Assembly (NCBI RefSeq): GCF_963921235.1
Contig: NC_086097.1
Span: 139,564,001 to 139,628,000, forward strand
Length of the DNA: 64,000 nucleotides
Reading direction: 5' to 3'
Origin: Mobula hypostoma
Taxonomy: Eukaryota
In this document: positions 25,341-38,190 of the stretch, piece by piece
How the letters are laid out: each line of letters starts with the position of its first letter
Position numbering within the stretch: position 1 is the stretch's first letter
Notes under the pieces: generated by a model
Databases searched by the model: none
What the model was told of the DNA's origin: nothing
Seen by the model: only the letters and a program-made list of their open reading frames with translations
Position numbers and translations under genes: made by a program

Positions 25341-26417
25341 CAGCACAAAGTTGTGAAGAAACCTCCATGTGATGTACCAAAGGAGGAGAGGTTGCTGACA
25401 TTCTGGTGCTCTTGAAGTGTCATGTTATTATATTTGTAGGTTGGAAAGCTCTTAGTGATCCTTGTAACCATAAAAAAATGTATGTAAAACCAGTTGCATT
25501 TTAGCCTTAAAAGGTGAAACCTACACAGAGTAAAACAGCATTTGGATTAATACACAGACGATTTGCTTATGTTTAACAAGATACAAAATTTTAGGTTATT
25601 CCCATTCCAGATACCAGCAGCAATCTATCAGATGTCAAAATATTATGTCAGAGTTCCAAAATACAGTCTTGGCTCCTTCATGGCAACATAAGAATCGCTG
25701 GACGCAAAAACACCAATCCATCTGGACAGCTGCCTGCCATCTAAGTAATTCAAATACCAACACAGCAAAACAAGCAGACTTGAAACTTGATAGTCCATAC
25801 AAGATTGCCTACACTGATAAATTCTCAATATGAACTCTCACAGCATTAAGAGCCCGGAAACTTATATCAATTTTACTCATGTTTCTCACAACCTTCTGGT
25901 TTACAGTATTGGCAAGATTAAATGTCCATCAATTCTGCCTTTTCAACTTACACTGTTATTTTAGAAAGCCTTTCGTAGCCATAATAAAGATTTTGAATAA
26001 ATCTTGAAGACTATTCCATGGACAATTCTTTGCTGTAGACCAAAACTGTCATTCATAGTCAAAGTCACATTCTAAGATATGATACGCAGATTTCAAAAAG
26101 CCATAAAAAAAAGTGCATTAGTTGCCTTAGAGTCTGCCTGCCTGAGGTTGAGTTCAAAAGCCATGGGACTCCTTTCAAAACAGAACCACAATGGTTGGGG
26201 ATGGATGAGCCAAACTTCCAACAGTTGCAGAATAGTCATGAGGTTGTTAAAAAACTAATTTTAATATCCAGTTTATATTTATTCCAATAGAAATTAAATT
26301 TTGTTAACTACAGTTCTGTAAACCAGTTTTTTTGCCAAGCTGGTCACAATTGCAATTTCTAGTTTAGCACTGCTTTCCATCTTACATCAGAACGGAAATG
26401 ACACTCCAAAATTACTC

Positions 26418-26643
26418 AAACACGAGGAGTTCTGCAGATGCTAGAAATTCAAGCAACACACATCAAAGTTGCTGGTGAACGCAGCAGGCCAGGCAGCATC
26501 TCAAGGAGGAGGTACAGTCGATGTTTCGGGCCGAGACCCTTCGTCAGGACTAACGAAGGGTCTCGGCCCGAAACATCGACTGTACCTCCTCCGAGAGATG
26601 CTGCCTGGCCTGCTGCGTTCACCAGCAACTTTGATGTGTGTTG
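26418..26643. mobile_element. Young Penelope-like palindromic insertion with 14-bp TSD
   Basis: 93-bp inverted arms at 26452-26544 and 26553-26645 with 2 mismatches. TSD ctccaaaattactc at 26404-26417 and 26644-26657. Confidence 0.9.
26516..26551 (-). ncRNA. Minimal type I hammerhead ribozyme motif
   Basis: AGTC-CTGACGA-A-GGGT CTCG GCCC-GAAA-C-ATC-GACT on the minus strand. Confidence 0.7.
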
Positions 26644-27319
26644 CTCCAAAATTACTCTTGGCTTTCTCCCCATAAACTCAGGATATTAAAAGGTTATATT
26701 CCCCTCAAAGGCAAACACAGTGTGCACAGGCAGGGAAGCAAAAGCTAGCCTTAAAGAACTTACAAATTCACCAATGGCCTCAGATTTTGTTATACATTTA
26801 ATATAATATGAGTAATATTGTAAATATATTGCTTAAGCATTTTTTGGTGTTTACATAATGATTTATGGGTTATATCCAAAAGTATGTATACGGCATATGT
26901 CATTACATCCCCACATCACATGTACATGCCTCATTTAAAGTAAAAAGCAAAACTAAATGTGCATGAGTAATCTCCTAGCTCTGTGCTTTTCTTTTAATTT
27001 GTTTTTATGTAACGAGGGATGAACAATTGCCAGCAATTGACATACGTATGAAATTTTGAAAATTGCAAATCAATGAACCTGGGTTAACTCAAATTCTCAC
27101 AATGGACAGGAAAATCAGTCTACCATTTATTACTACAAACACAAAATGCTGGAGGATCTCAAGTCAGATAGAACGTTATGGAGGAAAATAAACAGTTGAT
27201 AATTCAAGTTGAGACCCCTTCATCAAGACTGAAAAGGGCTGTGACCAGAGCCTGAATAATTGGTTTTGGGGGGGGGGGGGGGGAGCTGGCAGGTGATAGG
27301 TGAGGGTGAGTCCTGGAAT

Positions 27320-27615
27320 CTGCCCTCTCAACTACCTCGCATATAGTAGGAACGAGAAGGGGGCATTTCCTTGGTACTGAGGATACTAATGATGGATTCC
27401 ACCTTCTTGAGGCACCAGCTCTTAAAGATTTCCTGAATGCGGGGAGGACTGTGCCCGTGATGGAGCGGGCTGAGTCTCCAACACTCTGCAGCCTCTTTCG
27501 ATGCTGCACATTGCAGCCTCCATATGATGCAAGCAGTGAGAATGTTCTCAACAGTACATCTGTAGAAATTTGCCAAAGTCTTTGGTGACATTCTGATTCT
27601 CCCAATTCTCCCCAA
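27320..27615 (-). mobile_element. Rex1/Babar fragment inside a Penelope-like fragment (~27135-27710)
   Basis: ORF MSPKTLANFYRCTVENILTACI. The flanks carry Penelope terminal-repeat sequence. Confidence 0.7.
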
Positions 27616-27719
27616 ATCTTAACAAAGCAGAGTCAACAATTCTTTCTCCAAATCCCCCTGATGCTGCTCAACCCACTGAGCTCCTCCAGCAGATTGTTGA
27701 TATCCAAACAACTTTCCCT

Positions 27720-28190
27720 TCCATGAGATGTGTCCTTCAACACCACCTCTTTGGCCAAGAGAGCACCGCAGCGCTTCCACTTCCTCAGGAGACTGAGGCG
27801 AGCGAAGGTGTTAACCACCCCACTCCACGCCCCCCCCCACATTCTCACCACATTTTACTGAAGCACCAGAGTGCATCTGACCAGCTGCATCACCATCTGA
27901 TGGAAACCACAGTCATCAGATCACAAGATCCTGCAATGGATACTAAGGATTGCTGAAAATATCACTGGGGTTCCTCCATGCCCTCCCACACCTCCATTCA
28001 GGATATATATCAGAAACATTGCAAGTGCAGTGCCTCCAGTATTTGCCAAAGACCCTCCAATTCTTCCCACAATCTCTTCGACCTCCTATCATCAAGGTAC
28101 CACAGTATAAGAACCAGAACTGTCAGGGTGGGTAACAGCTTCTTCCCCCCACCCCCAAGCTGTTAGATTTCTTAACAGCATGCTGCCATG
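27720..28190 (+). mobile_element. Rex1/Babar fragment
   Basis: AKRAPQRFHFLRRLR-like segment and RYHSIRTRTVRVGNSFFP. Confidence 0.65.
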
Positions 28191-28469
28191 TACTCCCTGT
28201 CTAAATGCCTTACAGACCCCTCCTCCCCCCATTCTCCAGCTCATAGACACACTTCCATTCTGCAATGGTAACTTTTCATCTTTTAATGCTTCAGCTTCAT
28301 GTGTACTATTTATTTTGTTATTATAGTGCCAGTAACATTATAATGTCTTACACCAACATGCACCTCTCACTTTATGTAAGCCTGTAAATCTTCAGGCCAC
28401 ATCCATTGATGTAAATAGTGGTTAGCCTGTCTCCATTCTTCCTGTAATCCACAACCAGCTCCTTTGTTT

Positions 28470-29560
28470 TTGCATTTAATTAGTTAAATGTTTTAATTGA
28501 TCATAGTAAAAATATACCTGTATCTGGAAGGGCCAACAGTGAGTGACCATGCAAGAAGGGGACTAGTGAGGTAGGCCACCAAAAGACTTACGACAACTCT
28601 GGAGGAGGAAAAGCTTCAGTGGCTGAGATGGGAGAGACTGTGCATACAATAACTGTTGCCCAGATGCTTCACCAATCACAGCTTTATGGGACAGTGGCAA
28701 AGAGAAAGCCACTGTTGAAAAAAAATTCACCTGAAATCTCGATTAGAGTTTGCCAAAAGGCATGTGGGAGACTGTGAAGTCAGGTGGAAGAAACTTCTAT
28801 GGTCTGATGAAACCAAAATTGAGCTTTTTGACCATCAGACTAAACACTATGTTTGACGTAAAGCAAACACCGCACAGCATCCCTACCATGAAGCATGGTG
28901 GTAGCTGCTTCATGCTGTGGGGATGCTTCACTGCAGCAGGCTCTGGCTGGCTTGTGAAGGTAGAGGTAAAATGAATGCAGCAAAATACAGGGAAATCCTT
29001 GAGGAAAACCTGACGCAGTCCGTAAGAGAAGAGCGACTTGGGAGAAGATTTGTATTCCAGCAAGGCAATGACCCCAAGCATGAAGCCAAAACTAAACAGG
29101 AGTGGCTTAAAAACAACTAAGTTAATGTGCAGGAGTGGCAAAGTCAGAGACCAGACCTCAATCCAATTAAGAAATTGTGGCTGGGCTTGAAAGGGGTTTT
29201 TCACTCATGATCCGCATGCAATCTGACAGAGCTTGAGCAGTCTTGTAATGAATGGGGAAAAATTGCAGCTTCCAGATGTGCAAAGCTGATAGAGACTTAT
29301 CCACACAGACTCAAGGCTGTAATTGCTGCCAAAGGTGCATCTGCTAAATTCTGACTTGAAGGGGGTGAGTAATTATTTTGTGTTGAATAATTGTAAGAAA
29401 TTTAAGCCAATTTGTAGAAATATGTTTTCAATTTGAAAAGGAGTCGTCTTTTCTGTTGATCAGTGTCAAGAAGACCAAACTAAATTCACTGTGATTCCAC
29501 GTTGTAAAACAGTAAAACATGAAAACTTCCAAGGGGGGCAAATATTTTTTATAGGCACTG
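28470..29560 (+). mobile_element. Tc1-family transposon, decayed DD34E transposase
   Basis: Frameshifted (W)SDETKIELF, KHGGSCFMLWGCF, FQQGNDPKH and PDLNPI motifs. The 3' end is ...aggcactg followed by TA at 29561-29562. Confidence 0.9.
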
Positions 29561-30049
29561 TATCTACAAATCAGACTGGCGAAAATACATGATGCAAGTG
29601 AAGGTGAAGAGGCAACACTTTTCTGTCGCTACTCTTTCCGTCGGTGTTTCCAGGCAGTGTGGACTCTCACTCTTTTCTGTGAGGATTACATGTGAACTAG
29701 CAGCTTAAGAAAAAAAAATATTCACGGAAACAACCCTCTCTGCCTCTTCCAATATCTGCCAAGTGTTGGCAACAAAACAAATATATAGATCTCATACCAC
29801 ATGGCATGCTCAATGAATCAGTGGCGTCAATTCTGCATATAATTAAAACCATGCTCTAGCCTACAGTAGTTGCAGGTTTTGACCTCAAAATCGATTTTTA
29901 AATAAATGCTCGGCTCATAATGTATTGTAAATTGACATTCATATTCCTCATATTTCCTTAAAACATGTGAGAACATTCTGTTCATATGGTTCAATGGCAG
30001 TTCACACCACAAACCCATTCCTCCACTTAAACATTTTCTTCATTTTCTT

Positions 30050-30265
30050 TATATTCACATCAACTCCCTGCGTTTGTTGGTTGAAGAGCAATTAAAAGTA
30101 GCCAACTAAGCCAACAATTCGCTTGTCCTTGGTATATGGGGTGGGGGTGACCCATGTAAGCACAGGGAGAATGTGCAAACCCCACAAGCAGCACGAGAGC
30201 TCAAGGATAAACCCAGGTCACTGAAATGTGAGGTAATAACTCTACTGGCTGGTCTTTAGTGCCAC
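30050..30265 (-). mobile_element. V-SINE fragment
   Basis: cagggagaatgtgcaaac...aacccaggtcactg is the reversed V-domain and tRNA head. Confidence 0.5.
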
Positions 30266-30633
30266 CCTTATCTAAATTATGTTACAAATAACACTGGTAA
30301 ATTTCAAAGAGTTCTTTGTTCTATTTACAGTATGACATAATATTGGATATTTTTAGTTCTCTGTCATTGATGGGGTGGGGGAAGGATTCAAGTGTAAACA
30401 GTTCAGTTAGTGGAATGCTATCCTAGCAAAATTAGTCTTTGTGTTGAGTTGTTAAGCAGCGACTAGACATGAAACTGGGCAGAGGAAAGCTTCATACAGA
30501 TATTAAAGATGTTGTGGAATTGTTAAGACTAAGGGAGCTCTTCCGAGAGCGTAACAAATGTGCCCAAACCAACAGCCAAGAGACAGAGTTTTCATATGGA
30601 AACTTGTTATGGCATAAATTAGCTGCTATCTTT

Positions 30634-30843
30634 AACAAAAGAAAATCTGCAGATGCTGAAAATCCAAGCAACACACACAGAATGCTGGAACTCAGCAGTC
30701 CAGGCAGCATCCGTGGAAAACAGATGCTAACTCATCTTCATTTCTCCAGTCCTGCTGAAGGGTCTTGGCCTAAAATATCAACTACACTCTTTTCCATAGA
30801 TGCTGCCTGGCCTGCTGAGTTACTCCAGTATTTTGTGTTTGTC
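30634..30843. mobile_element. Penelope-like inverted terminal insertion with 12-bp TSD
   Basis: TSD gctgctatcttt at 30622-30633 and 30844-30855. A degenerate hammerhead core lies at ~30747-30783. Confidence 0.8.
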
Positions 30844-32469
30844 GCTGCTATCTTTCCCATGTTACAATTTTAAAATGTAGTCACTATTGTAACAATGTGG
30901 CTGCAATGTACTTTGCAGCACACAGGATTGGGGAAGGTATTACACAAGAGAAAACAATGTTTACTTTAGTTGTAGCCACTAGAAACAAATCCAAGAGACA
31001 TTTGTAGCACAACATGGGAACCACTGTAAATGAGTTACTAGAGTACAAGGTGAAATTAATTTAGGGAGGAGAGTAAAGAACTGGTCAAATTACTGTACAT
31101 CAAACAGAATGAGTAAGCTTCTAACTTCATACAAAAATATTGAAAAGACAATCTATATTCCTGGAATTTCAGTGCTTAAAATTGTAATAAAAGAATTAAA
31201 TTGTAATGATAGAATTAAATACTACTTGAAAAGAGAGAAGTGGCCAACTCGCCAATATGTTCAATGTTACTTTGAGTCTGAAACTGAGGGTGTTTTAACC
31301 AGACAAGTTGGCACAATAGGAAGTATCAGTACAAGGGTAGAATGAACAAAAAATCTGCATATACTCAGCAACAAAACATGATTTCTGAAAGTGTAGATCA
31401 TGGTGCATTGGTGTACAGAAGTTTTACAAATGATTTTCTAGCCATTAAACCTATCCTGAAGAGATTTTGAGAACTGTAAAGTAAAAGGGCAAAGGGACTG
31501 AGACCACTTCTGCTCACCACCAAGTCTGGACTGTGCCAGAGTCCAGTCCAAGCCTTCCATTTTCTGCATGCAGTTACACCCGCCTCCCCCCCCCCCCCCA
31601 CACACACACACACTTCAAAGACACTTGAGAAGTTCAGTTTCCATATACAGGCAGTCCCCAGGTCATGACAGGGTTATGTTCTTGAGGACTGCTTGTGGGA
31701 AATGAACAGTATCTGAGAATGAGTCATAGAAACAGCTGTAAATGGAGTGCGAGTGGGCTTTGGAAGAGTGGCCACCAGCTGACCTCACCAACTGAGTGAG
31801 GAAGCATGCTCAACACATCCAACTCAATCCAACAATCAGGTTGTTGGATTGTTGTAGCTTAGGAAGGATTGGGATGGGATCGGGGCAAGGGAGCAGTGTT
31901 CACGTGGAAATGCTCCATTCCCAGCTTGAAGATGCCAGCAGCAGGAAAATCCATCTCGTCTCTCAAACTTGTTTGTATGTATGGGACATTCATTTGCTGG
32001 GGAAGACGTGTACCCAGCCAAATCACAATTCCACTTTCCCCCACTCTGGATCTCTACATTGTCTTATCAGATTGGCAGTGTGGGCAATGAACCAGGGAAA
32101 CACTTCTGAACAAGTTGCTCATCTCCCCCACCCCCTTACTGAACATCAGCTCAAGCCTGGCATCAAATTTGGCCAATTATACACAAATTGCTTTGGAATG
32201 TCCCCCTCCCACCAAGTGGAAAGACATGATACAAGTCTTTGTTGCTCCAGTAGCTTTTAATAAACACATTCAGCATTTGTAACAAAGATTGAATATGGAA
32301 GCTCCAAGGACAAACAGCCTGGTCAGTTTGCCAAACATTTGTACTCCTGGCCTCTGGCATTTTTAAGCTGTATGTGTTTTCACTACCCACATAAATTTCA
32401 TCTGGGATAAAATAACAACATTTATAGAGATGTTTTCTGTTATGACAGTGCTTAACATCAACTGATCAT

Positions 32470-32942
32470 CTTTTCACGGTCACCTCTTGTGCCAAGATGA
32501 GGCCACCCTCAGGGTGGAAAAGCAACACCTTATGTTCCATCTGGGTAGCCTCCACCCTGATGGCTTGAATATTGATTTCTCCTTCCAGGGAAAAAAAAAT
32601 TCCACTCCCTCCCATTCCCCACTCTAACCTTTTACCTCTTCTCACCTGCCTATCACTCCTCTCTGGATCCCCTCCTCTTTTCCTTTCTCCTACAGTCCAC
32701 TCTCCTTTATCAGAATCCTTCTCCAGCACTTGGCCTTTCCCATCCATCCAGTTTCACCTATCACCTAGCCAGCGTTTTTCATTCCACCCACTCCCCAACC
32801 CACCAACACTTGAATTCTGCATCTTCTCCCCTTCCTTCTCAGTCCTGAAGAAGAGTACTGGCCCAAAACACTGACTGTTTATTTACTTGCATGGATGCTG
32901 CCTGACCTGCCAAAATTTCTTCCAAAATTTTGTGTATGTTGC
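32470..32942 (+). mobile_element. Penelope-like element 3' end (GIY-YIG C-terminus and terminal repeat)
   Basis: Translates CQDEATLRVEKQHLMFHLGSLHPDGLNIDFS, followed by a pyrimidine-rich UTR and a decayed hammerhead motif. Confidence 0.8.
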
Positions 32943-33319
32943 CAGAGAAAATTAAAGTCATCAATAATGTTTTAGTAAAATTAGTTTCAAATACAAGTAA
33001 TCATTTCAGAAGGTAGTGAGCAGGAATTTCTCCTCTTGAAGTACAATGACACTTGAATTCTCCACAACAAATTCAAAGAATACAAGGAGAGTAGGAAAGT
33101 TGAGGCCACTTTACTGAATGGTGGAAGAGACAAAGAGGTGACGAGACAATGTAACTCTTGCTATGTTCTTGCCCAGGGCGGAATACCATTTTCAGAGCAT
33201 GTGCCCAAATTGGCAATAATCTTCTAAGAAATTCTCAACCGATGTTGAGCAAAGATTTTCATGGAATAATGAATAACAATAATTATGGACAGTTTTATAT
33301 TAAAAAAAAAGTGATTCCT

Positions 33320-34395
33320 GTTCAAAGTACATATGTCATCATATACTACTTTGAGATTTATTTTCCTGTAGGCCTTCACAGTAAAACAAAGGAATGCAAT
33401 AGAATCAATGAAAACTATGCAAAGCCTGAATCAATCACTGTGCAAAAGACAAACTCTGCAACTTATAAAGCAAACCAAATAATAATAAATAAATAATATT
33501 GAGCATGAGTTGCATAGTAGTTGAAAGTGAATCCGTAGGTTGTGAAATCAGTTCAGTGTTGAGGTGAGTTAAGTTATTATGCTGGTTCAGGAGTCTGATG
33601 GTTGAAAGGTAATAAATGTTCCTGAACCGGGTGGTATAGGACCCAAGAACTCTGTACCTCCTTCCAGTTGGTAGCAGCAAGAAGAGAGTATGGCCCGCAG
33701 TGTGGAGGCCCTTGATTTTCTGTGGCAGTATTCCTTGTGCTCAATGGTGAGAAGCCTACTTTTTGTAGGCTTCTCTGTTCAAGGACATTGATATTTCCAT
33801 ACCATGCCATGATACAACCAGTCAGGATACTCTCCACTGTAGATCTATGTAAGTTTGTCAAAGTTTATGACATGCCAAATCAGCACAAACTTCTAAGAAA
33901 GAGGAAGCACTGCTGTCCCCTCTTTGTAATGGCATATACGTGCTAGTTTCAGGATAGATCCCCTAATGATGACGAGCTCATGGACTTCCAGAATCCTCCA
34001 CCTGTAGTCAATAATCAGCTCTTTGGTTTTGCTGGCAATGAGAGAGGTTGTTGTTATGACATAATTCAACCAGATTTTCAGTCTCTATCCAAATGCCCAT
34101 TCGTCAGCACATTTGATTTTGGCCAACAACAGCAGTGTTGCCAGCAAACTAAAATATGGCATTGGAGCTGTAATTAGCTTCACAATCATAGTATAAAGCA
34201 AGTAGCGCAGGGGGCTAGGCACACAGACTTGATGGAGCCTGCGGAGATATTGTTGCTAATCCGAACTGACTGGGGTCTGCAAGTGAGGATATCAAGGATC
34301 CAGTTACTCAAGGAAGTTTCAAGGCTGAGGACTTGGAGCTTAGTGATATGTTTCAAGGGAATGATAGTGTTGAATACTGAGCTGTAGTCAATGAA
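33320..34395 (-). mobile_element. Rex1/Babar LINE, 3' part
   Basis: ORFs contain STVESILTGCIMAWYG and LLPTGRRYRVL. Confidence 0.85.
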
Positions 34396-34469
34396 ATCAT
34401 GGTTATGCTTATTCTTATTTTACTATCAATAAAAGTATAAAGATTACAGATTGAAATGAAGCAATTAGT

Positions 34470-34775
34470 TTCCTATTATGGAAAAGTCTATGACAAGAGG
34501 ACAAAGCCTCAGAATAGAGGGGTGCTATTTTAGAATGGAGATGAGGAATAATTTCTTTAGCCAGAAGGTGGTGAATCTGTGGAATTCTTTGCCACAGGCT
34601 GCTATGGAGGCCAAGTCTTTATGTATATTTAAGGCAGAGATTGATTCTTGATTGGACAGGGCATGAAAAGATACGGGGAGAAAGCAGAAAATTGAGGCTG
34701 AGAGGAAAATTGGATCCGCCATGGTAAAATGACAAATGACCTAATTCTGCTCCTTTATCTTATGGTTTTATGGTC
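34470..34775 (+). mobile_element. CR1 LINE 3' end
   Basis: EMRNNFFSQKVVNLWNSLPQ followed by the tail cttatggttttatggt. Confidence 0.8.
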
Positions 34776-34888
34776 TATATTAGTAAGCCTTTTCAGAAAT
34801 CAATATTGATCTTTTTAATTTGAAAAATAACCATTTCTAAATAGTACCATTATTGTAAATATTTAGTATCGAAATACTGATGTGTACA

Positions 34889-35600
34889 AACATGAGAAAA
34901 TCTGCAGGCGCTGGCCCTAAATAGTCCTTCCAGGTGAGGCAACACTTTACATGCGTGTCTGTTGGCATCATCTACTGTATCTAGTGCTCCCCGTGTGGGC
35001 TCCTATATATTGGTGAGACTTGACATAGATTTAGAGACTGCTTCACCAAGCACCTCCATTCTATCTGCCACATAAAGCAGGATCTTCCATTGGCCATCCA
35101 TTTCAATTCTGCTTCCCGCTCACAATCCAACAAGGCCTCCTCTACTGCCAGGATGAGGACACACTCAGGTGGGAGGAGCAACACTATGTTTCATCCAGGT
35201 AGCCTCCAACCTGTTGGCATGATCATCAATTTCTCGAACTTCTGGTAATGCCCGCCCCTTCCACCATTCCCTATTCCTGTTTGCCTCTTTCACCACATCT
35301 CCTCAACTACCATTATCTAACTTTTGTGGTCCACCCCTTCCATGGTCTTTGTCTTCTATCAGATTCCCCCTTTATCTCCTTCACCAATCAACTTCCATAT
35401 CTATACTTCACCCTCCCCTGATTTCACCTATAACCTGCCACTTTGTACTTCATCCTCCCCTCACCCCACCTTCTTACTCTGACCTCTCCCCCTTCCTTTC
35501 CAGTCCTGTCAAAGGGTCTTGGCCTGAAACATCGACTGTACTGTTTTCCATGGATGTTGCCTGGCCTGATGAGTTCCTCCAGCATTTCATGCACGTTGTC
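34889..35600 (+). mobile_element. Penelope-like element with a GIY-YIG endonuclease remnant and 13-bp TSD
   Basis: Translates FQVRQHFTCVSVGIIYCI*CSPCGLLYIGET*HRFRDCFTKHL. TSD actgatgtgtaca at 34876-34888 and 35601-35613. Confidence 0.9.
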
Positions 35601-37349
35601 ACTGATGTGTACATCAGGTCTGCAAGTATTTCAAAATATACTCATCCAATGTCATGTGTTCTCATCACTGTCTAGCTGGCACCAAGCCTGCGTGAGACAT
35701 TTCCTATGAAAACATCTCACTGCCCTTTGGTTGTAAAAAGTCATTTGCTGTTTCAACTGGCAGCATGGATAATCATTATGTACTTTTTTACTATGGATGG
35801 GGTTTAAAGAATCGAGGGAAAGCACTGCATGCTAAATGGCAACTAATTTTTTGCACAGGTAATCTTGAGAATGTGTCATAAATTCATCACCCGTTTCATA
35901 GACGAAAGGTAGAAACTCAAGGTCAAGTTTCATAACTGCTTGAAAAGACTTTTATGTTAACAACTGTGGATATGGTGATGCAGTTAAGAACAGGCTTTGC
36001 CACGTGATCCCAGCACAAATCAGAGTCTGTACCATAACTGTTTTGCCGTGGAATGGCTTTGCCAAAGAGATGACCATCAGGAGCAAATGAAAATTAACCC
36101 ATCCTGACATGACTTGCTTCTTCATACATCTGGACAAAGCTCTTTATTATGTCACATGGGAAGGGTATCAAGTGTTATCATCCATACTAAAATAAAAGGT
36201 ATGGCTAACCTATACACTAAGTTAAGCAACAGCCAAAAAAAATAGCAAAACCTCTTGGCTTCCAATTACATTTGCCTACAGAAAATCAATCTGAATCTGT
36301 CAAGGTTGAACAAAAATATTTTTATGAACTACCTACATAGCCTACAATTAATGTGACTCGTTACCAAATTTTGCTGGTCATCATTTACAAAAATGTTACT
36401 ATTCTCAATCCTTTCTCTGCTAAATACCCATACCAGGACCAGATACTCATAGAATTTCAAGATACAAAATAAATTATTTTAACACAGAAGGTTGCTCAGA
36501 TACAAGTGTCCTTAAAAGGATGTAATGGAAGGCGAATGTTTAATAGGATTTTAAAGAAACCCAAGATTAATTTCTTTAATTTATATTGAGAGTTGGAATG
36601 CTAGTTCAACTTGACTCCAAGACTTCCATTTTCATTTCCTGACAACCAAGTGATAATTTTTTGTTAATTTAAATTATTACAAACCAAAATATATTTAAGA
36701 AAACCATATACTTAAATCACACCAGAAGAAAATCAAATTGCCGAAGTTTCAAGTAAGTAGTCTCCAAGCACATTATTTTACTTCAGCAGATCTTACCTCA
36801 GGTCCAGTTAAAGAGCTGCCAGTGTCTAACAGCTTCTAAACACAATTAATAAAGTTCCAGCTCTCCTCCGGCCTCTGGATATCCTTGCTACTTAAGTACA
36901 AAAACTTTCCCAAGTTCTGAATATTCCACAGTAGATATATATAGCATTTCATTGCTGACTTCCATTCAACTCAAAAGACCACATTATAGCTACTACAAAA
37001 ACAAAACATTTTAATAAAACAATTTTAAATCTTCCTCCAAATAAAAATGGAACATCTTGTTAGTAAAATCACTTCCTGAAAGAGTACATCATCAAAATGG
37101 CTTAATCAGAAACCTAATCTTTCTACTATCAACAGGTCTTCACCGAGAGGTAGACAGTCTTAATTGGATGACGAATAACTAAGCATATTTCCTTTAAAGG
37201 AAATTTCACACAGCAAAGGAAACCACAAATTCTGGCGACTAGTAAACCCATTTTTGCTTCATAATGTGGAGGGGGAGGGGCCAGAAGCACAGAGGAAATG
37301 CAAAAACAGACAGAAAACAGGATTTCCCTCAACTGCTATTAATGCAGCC

Positions 37350-38190
37350 CTCACCTGCATCTGCTCGATTTCTTGCACATCTGCCCTCGCCCCATGACCA
37401 TGCACTCCAACATAAGGGGGCTAGAGTTATGCCACCCCATAAGCCTCTGTATCCAACATATCATTCTCTGCAACTTCCACCATCTTCAGTCGGATCCCAC
37501 CAGGCGCTCACCTTCCCTTCCCCACTTTTCACAGGGATTGCTCTCTCAGCAACTCCCTCATCACTTCCTGGTGTCCAGACATTTTCATCCCTTTTCCCAT
37601 TCCCACACTGGCATGTCGGCCCACAAACTCCTCTACTGCTGAGATGGCACGGTGCAGATGAGAAAAACACCTCATATTTGATTTTAATCTGCACCCTGAA
37701 GGCATCAACATCGATATATCTAACTTCTGGTAACCACTCCCCTGTCTCCTTTAACCCCTCCCCTTGTTTTCCCTCATTCCTCTGACCGCTTTATTCAGGA
37801 TATAGCCATTACCCCCCACCTTCCTCCCTCTTGTTCCCCACCTCATTCCCCCCCCTCCACAGTCTACTGCTCTCTCCTTTCAGATTACATCTTGTTCAGC
37901 CTTTTGCCTATTCTACCTATCATTTCCCAGCTTCTCACACCATTGCAACTTACTCCCACCTACCCATTCCCTCTAACCTGGATTCACCATTCATCCACCA
38001 GCTTGGACTTCTACACCTTCCCTCACTCTTTATTCTGACTTCTACCCTCCTGAGTTCCTCCAGCACTTTTTTTTTGTATTGCTCTAAACTTCCATCATCT
38101 GCAGTCTCTGGTGTATCCACAAAGCAAAGGAACTTCGTTTTCAGCATTTTCTAGTTTTATTTCAGATTTCCAGCATCTGCAGTCTTTTGC
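37350..38190 (+). mobile_element. Decayed Penelope-like element
   Basis: TYHP...IQHIILCNFHHLQSDPT-type linker, a GIY-YIG C-terminal remnant and the tail ccagcatctgcag. Confidence 0.7.

Noticed and set aside
26438..26689. Similar ORFs on both strands (NAAGQAAS...)
   Set aside because: An artefact of the DNA palindrome, not a gene pair.
35945..36030. Plus-strand MLTTVD / GYGDAVKNRLC resembling septin exon 5 (LTIVDTPGFGDAVDNSNC)
   Set aside because: It is on the wrong strand and in the wrong position, needs a frameshifting deletion, and the flanks do not match. Most likely chance.
36797..36835. 39-nt exon-like segment on the minus strand (tgtgtttag|...GAG|gtaaga)
   Set aside because: It has an in-frame TGA, would split the P-loop junction, and has no other support. 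Such sites are expected by chance in a 38-kb intron.
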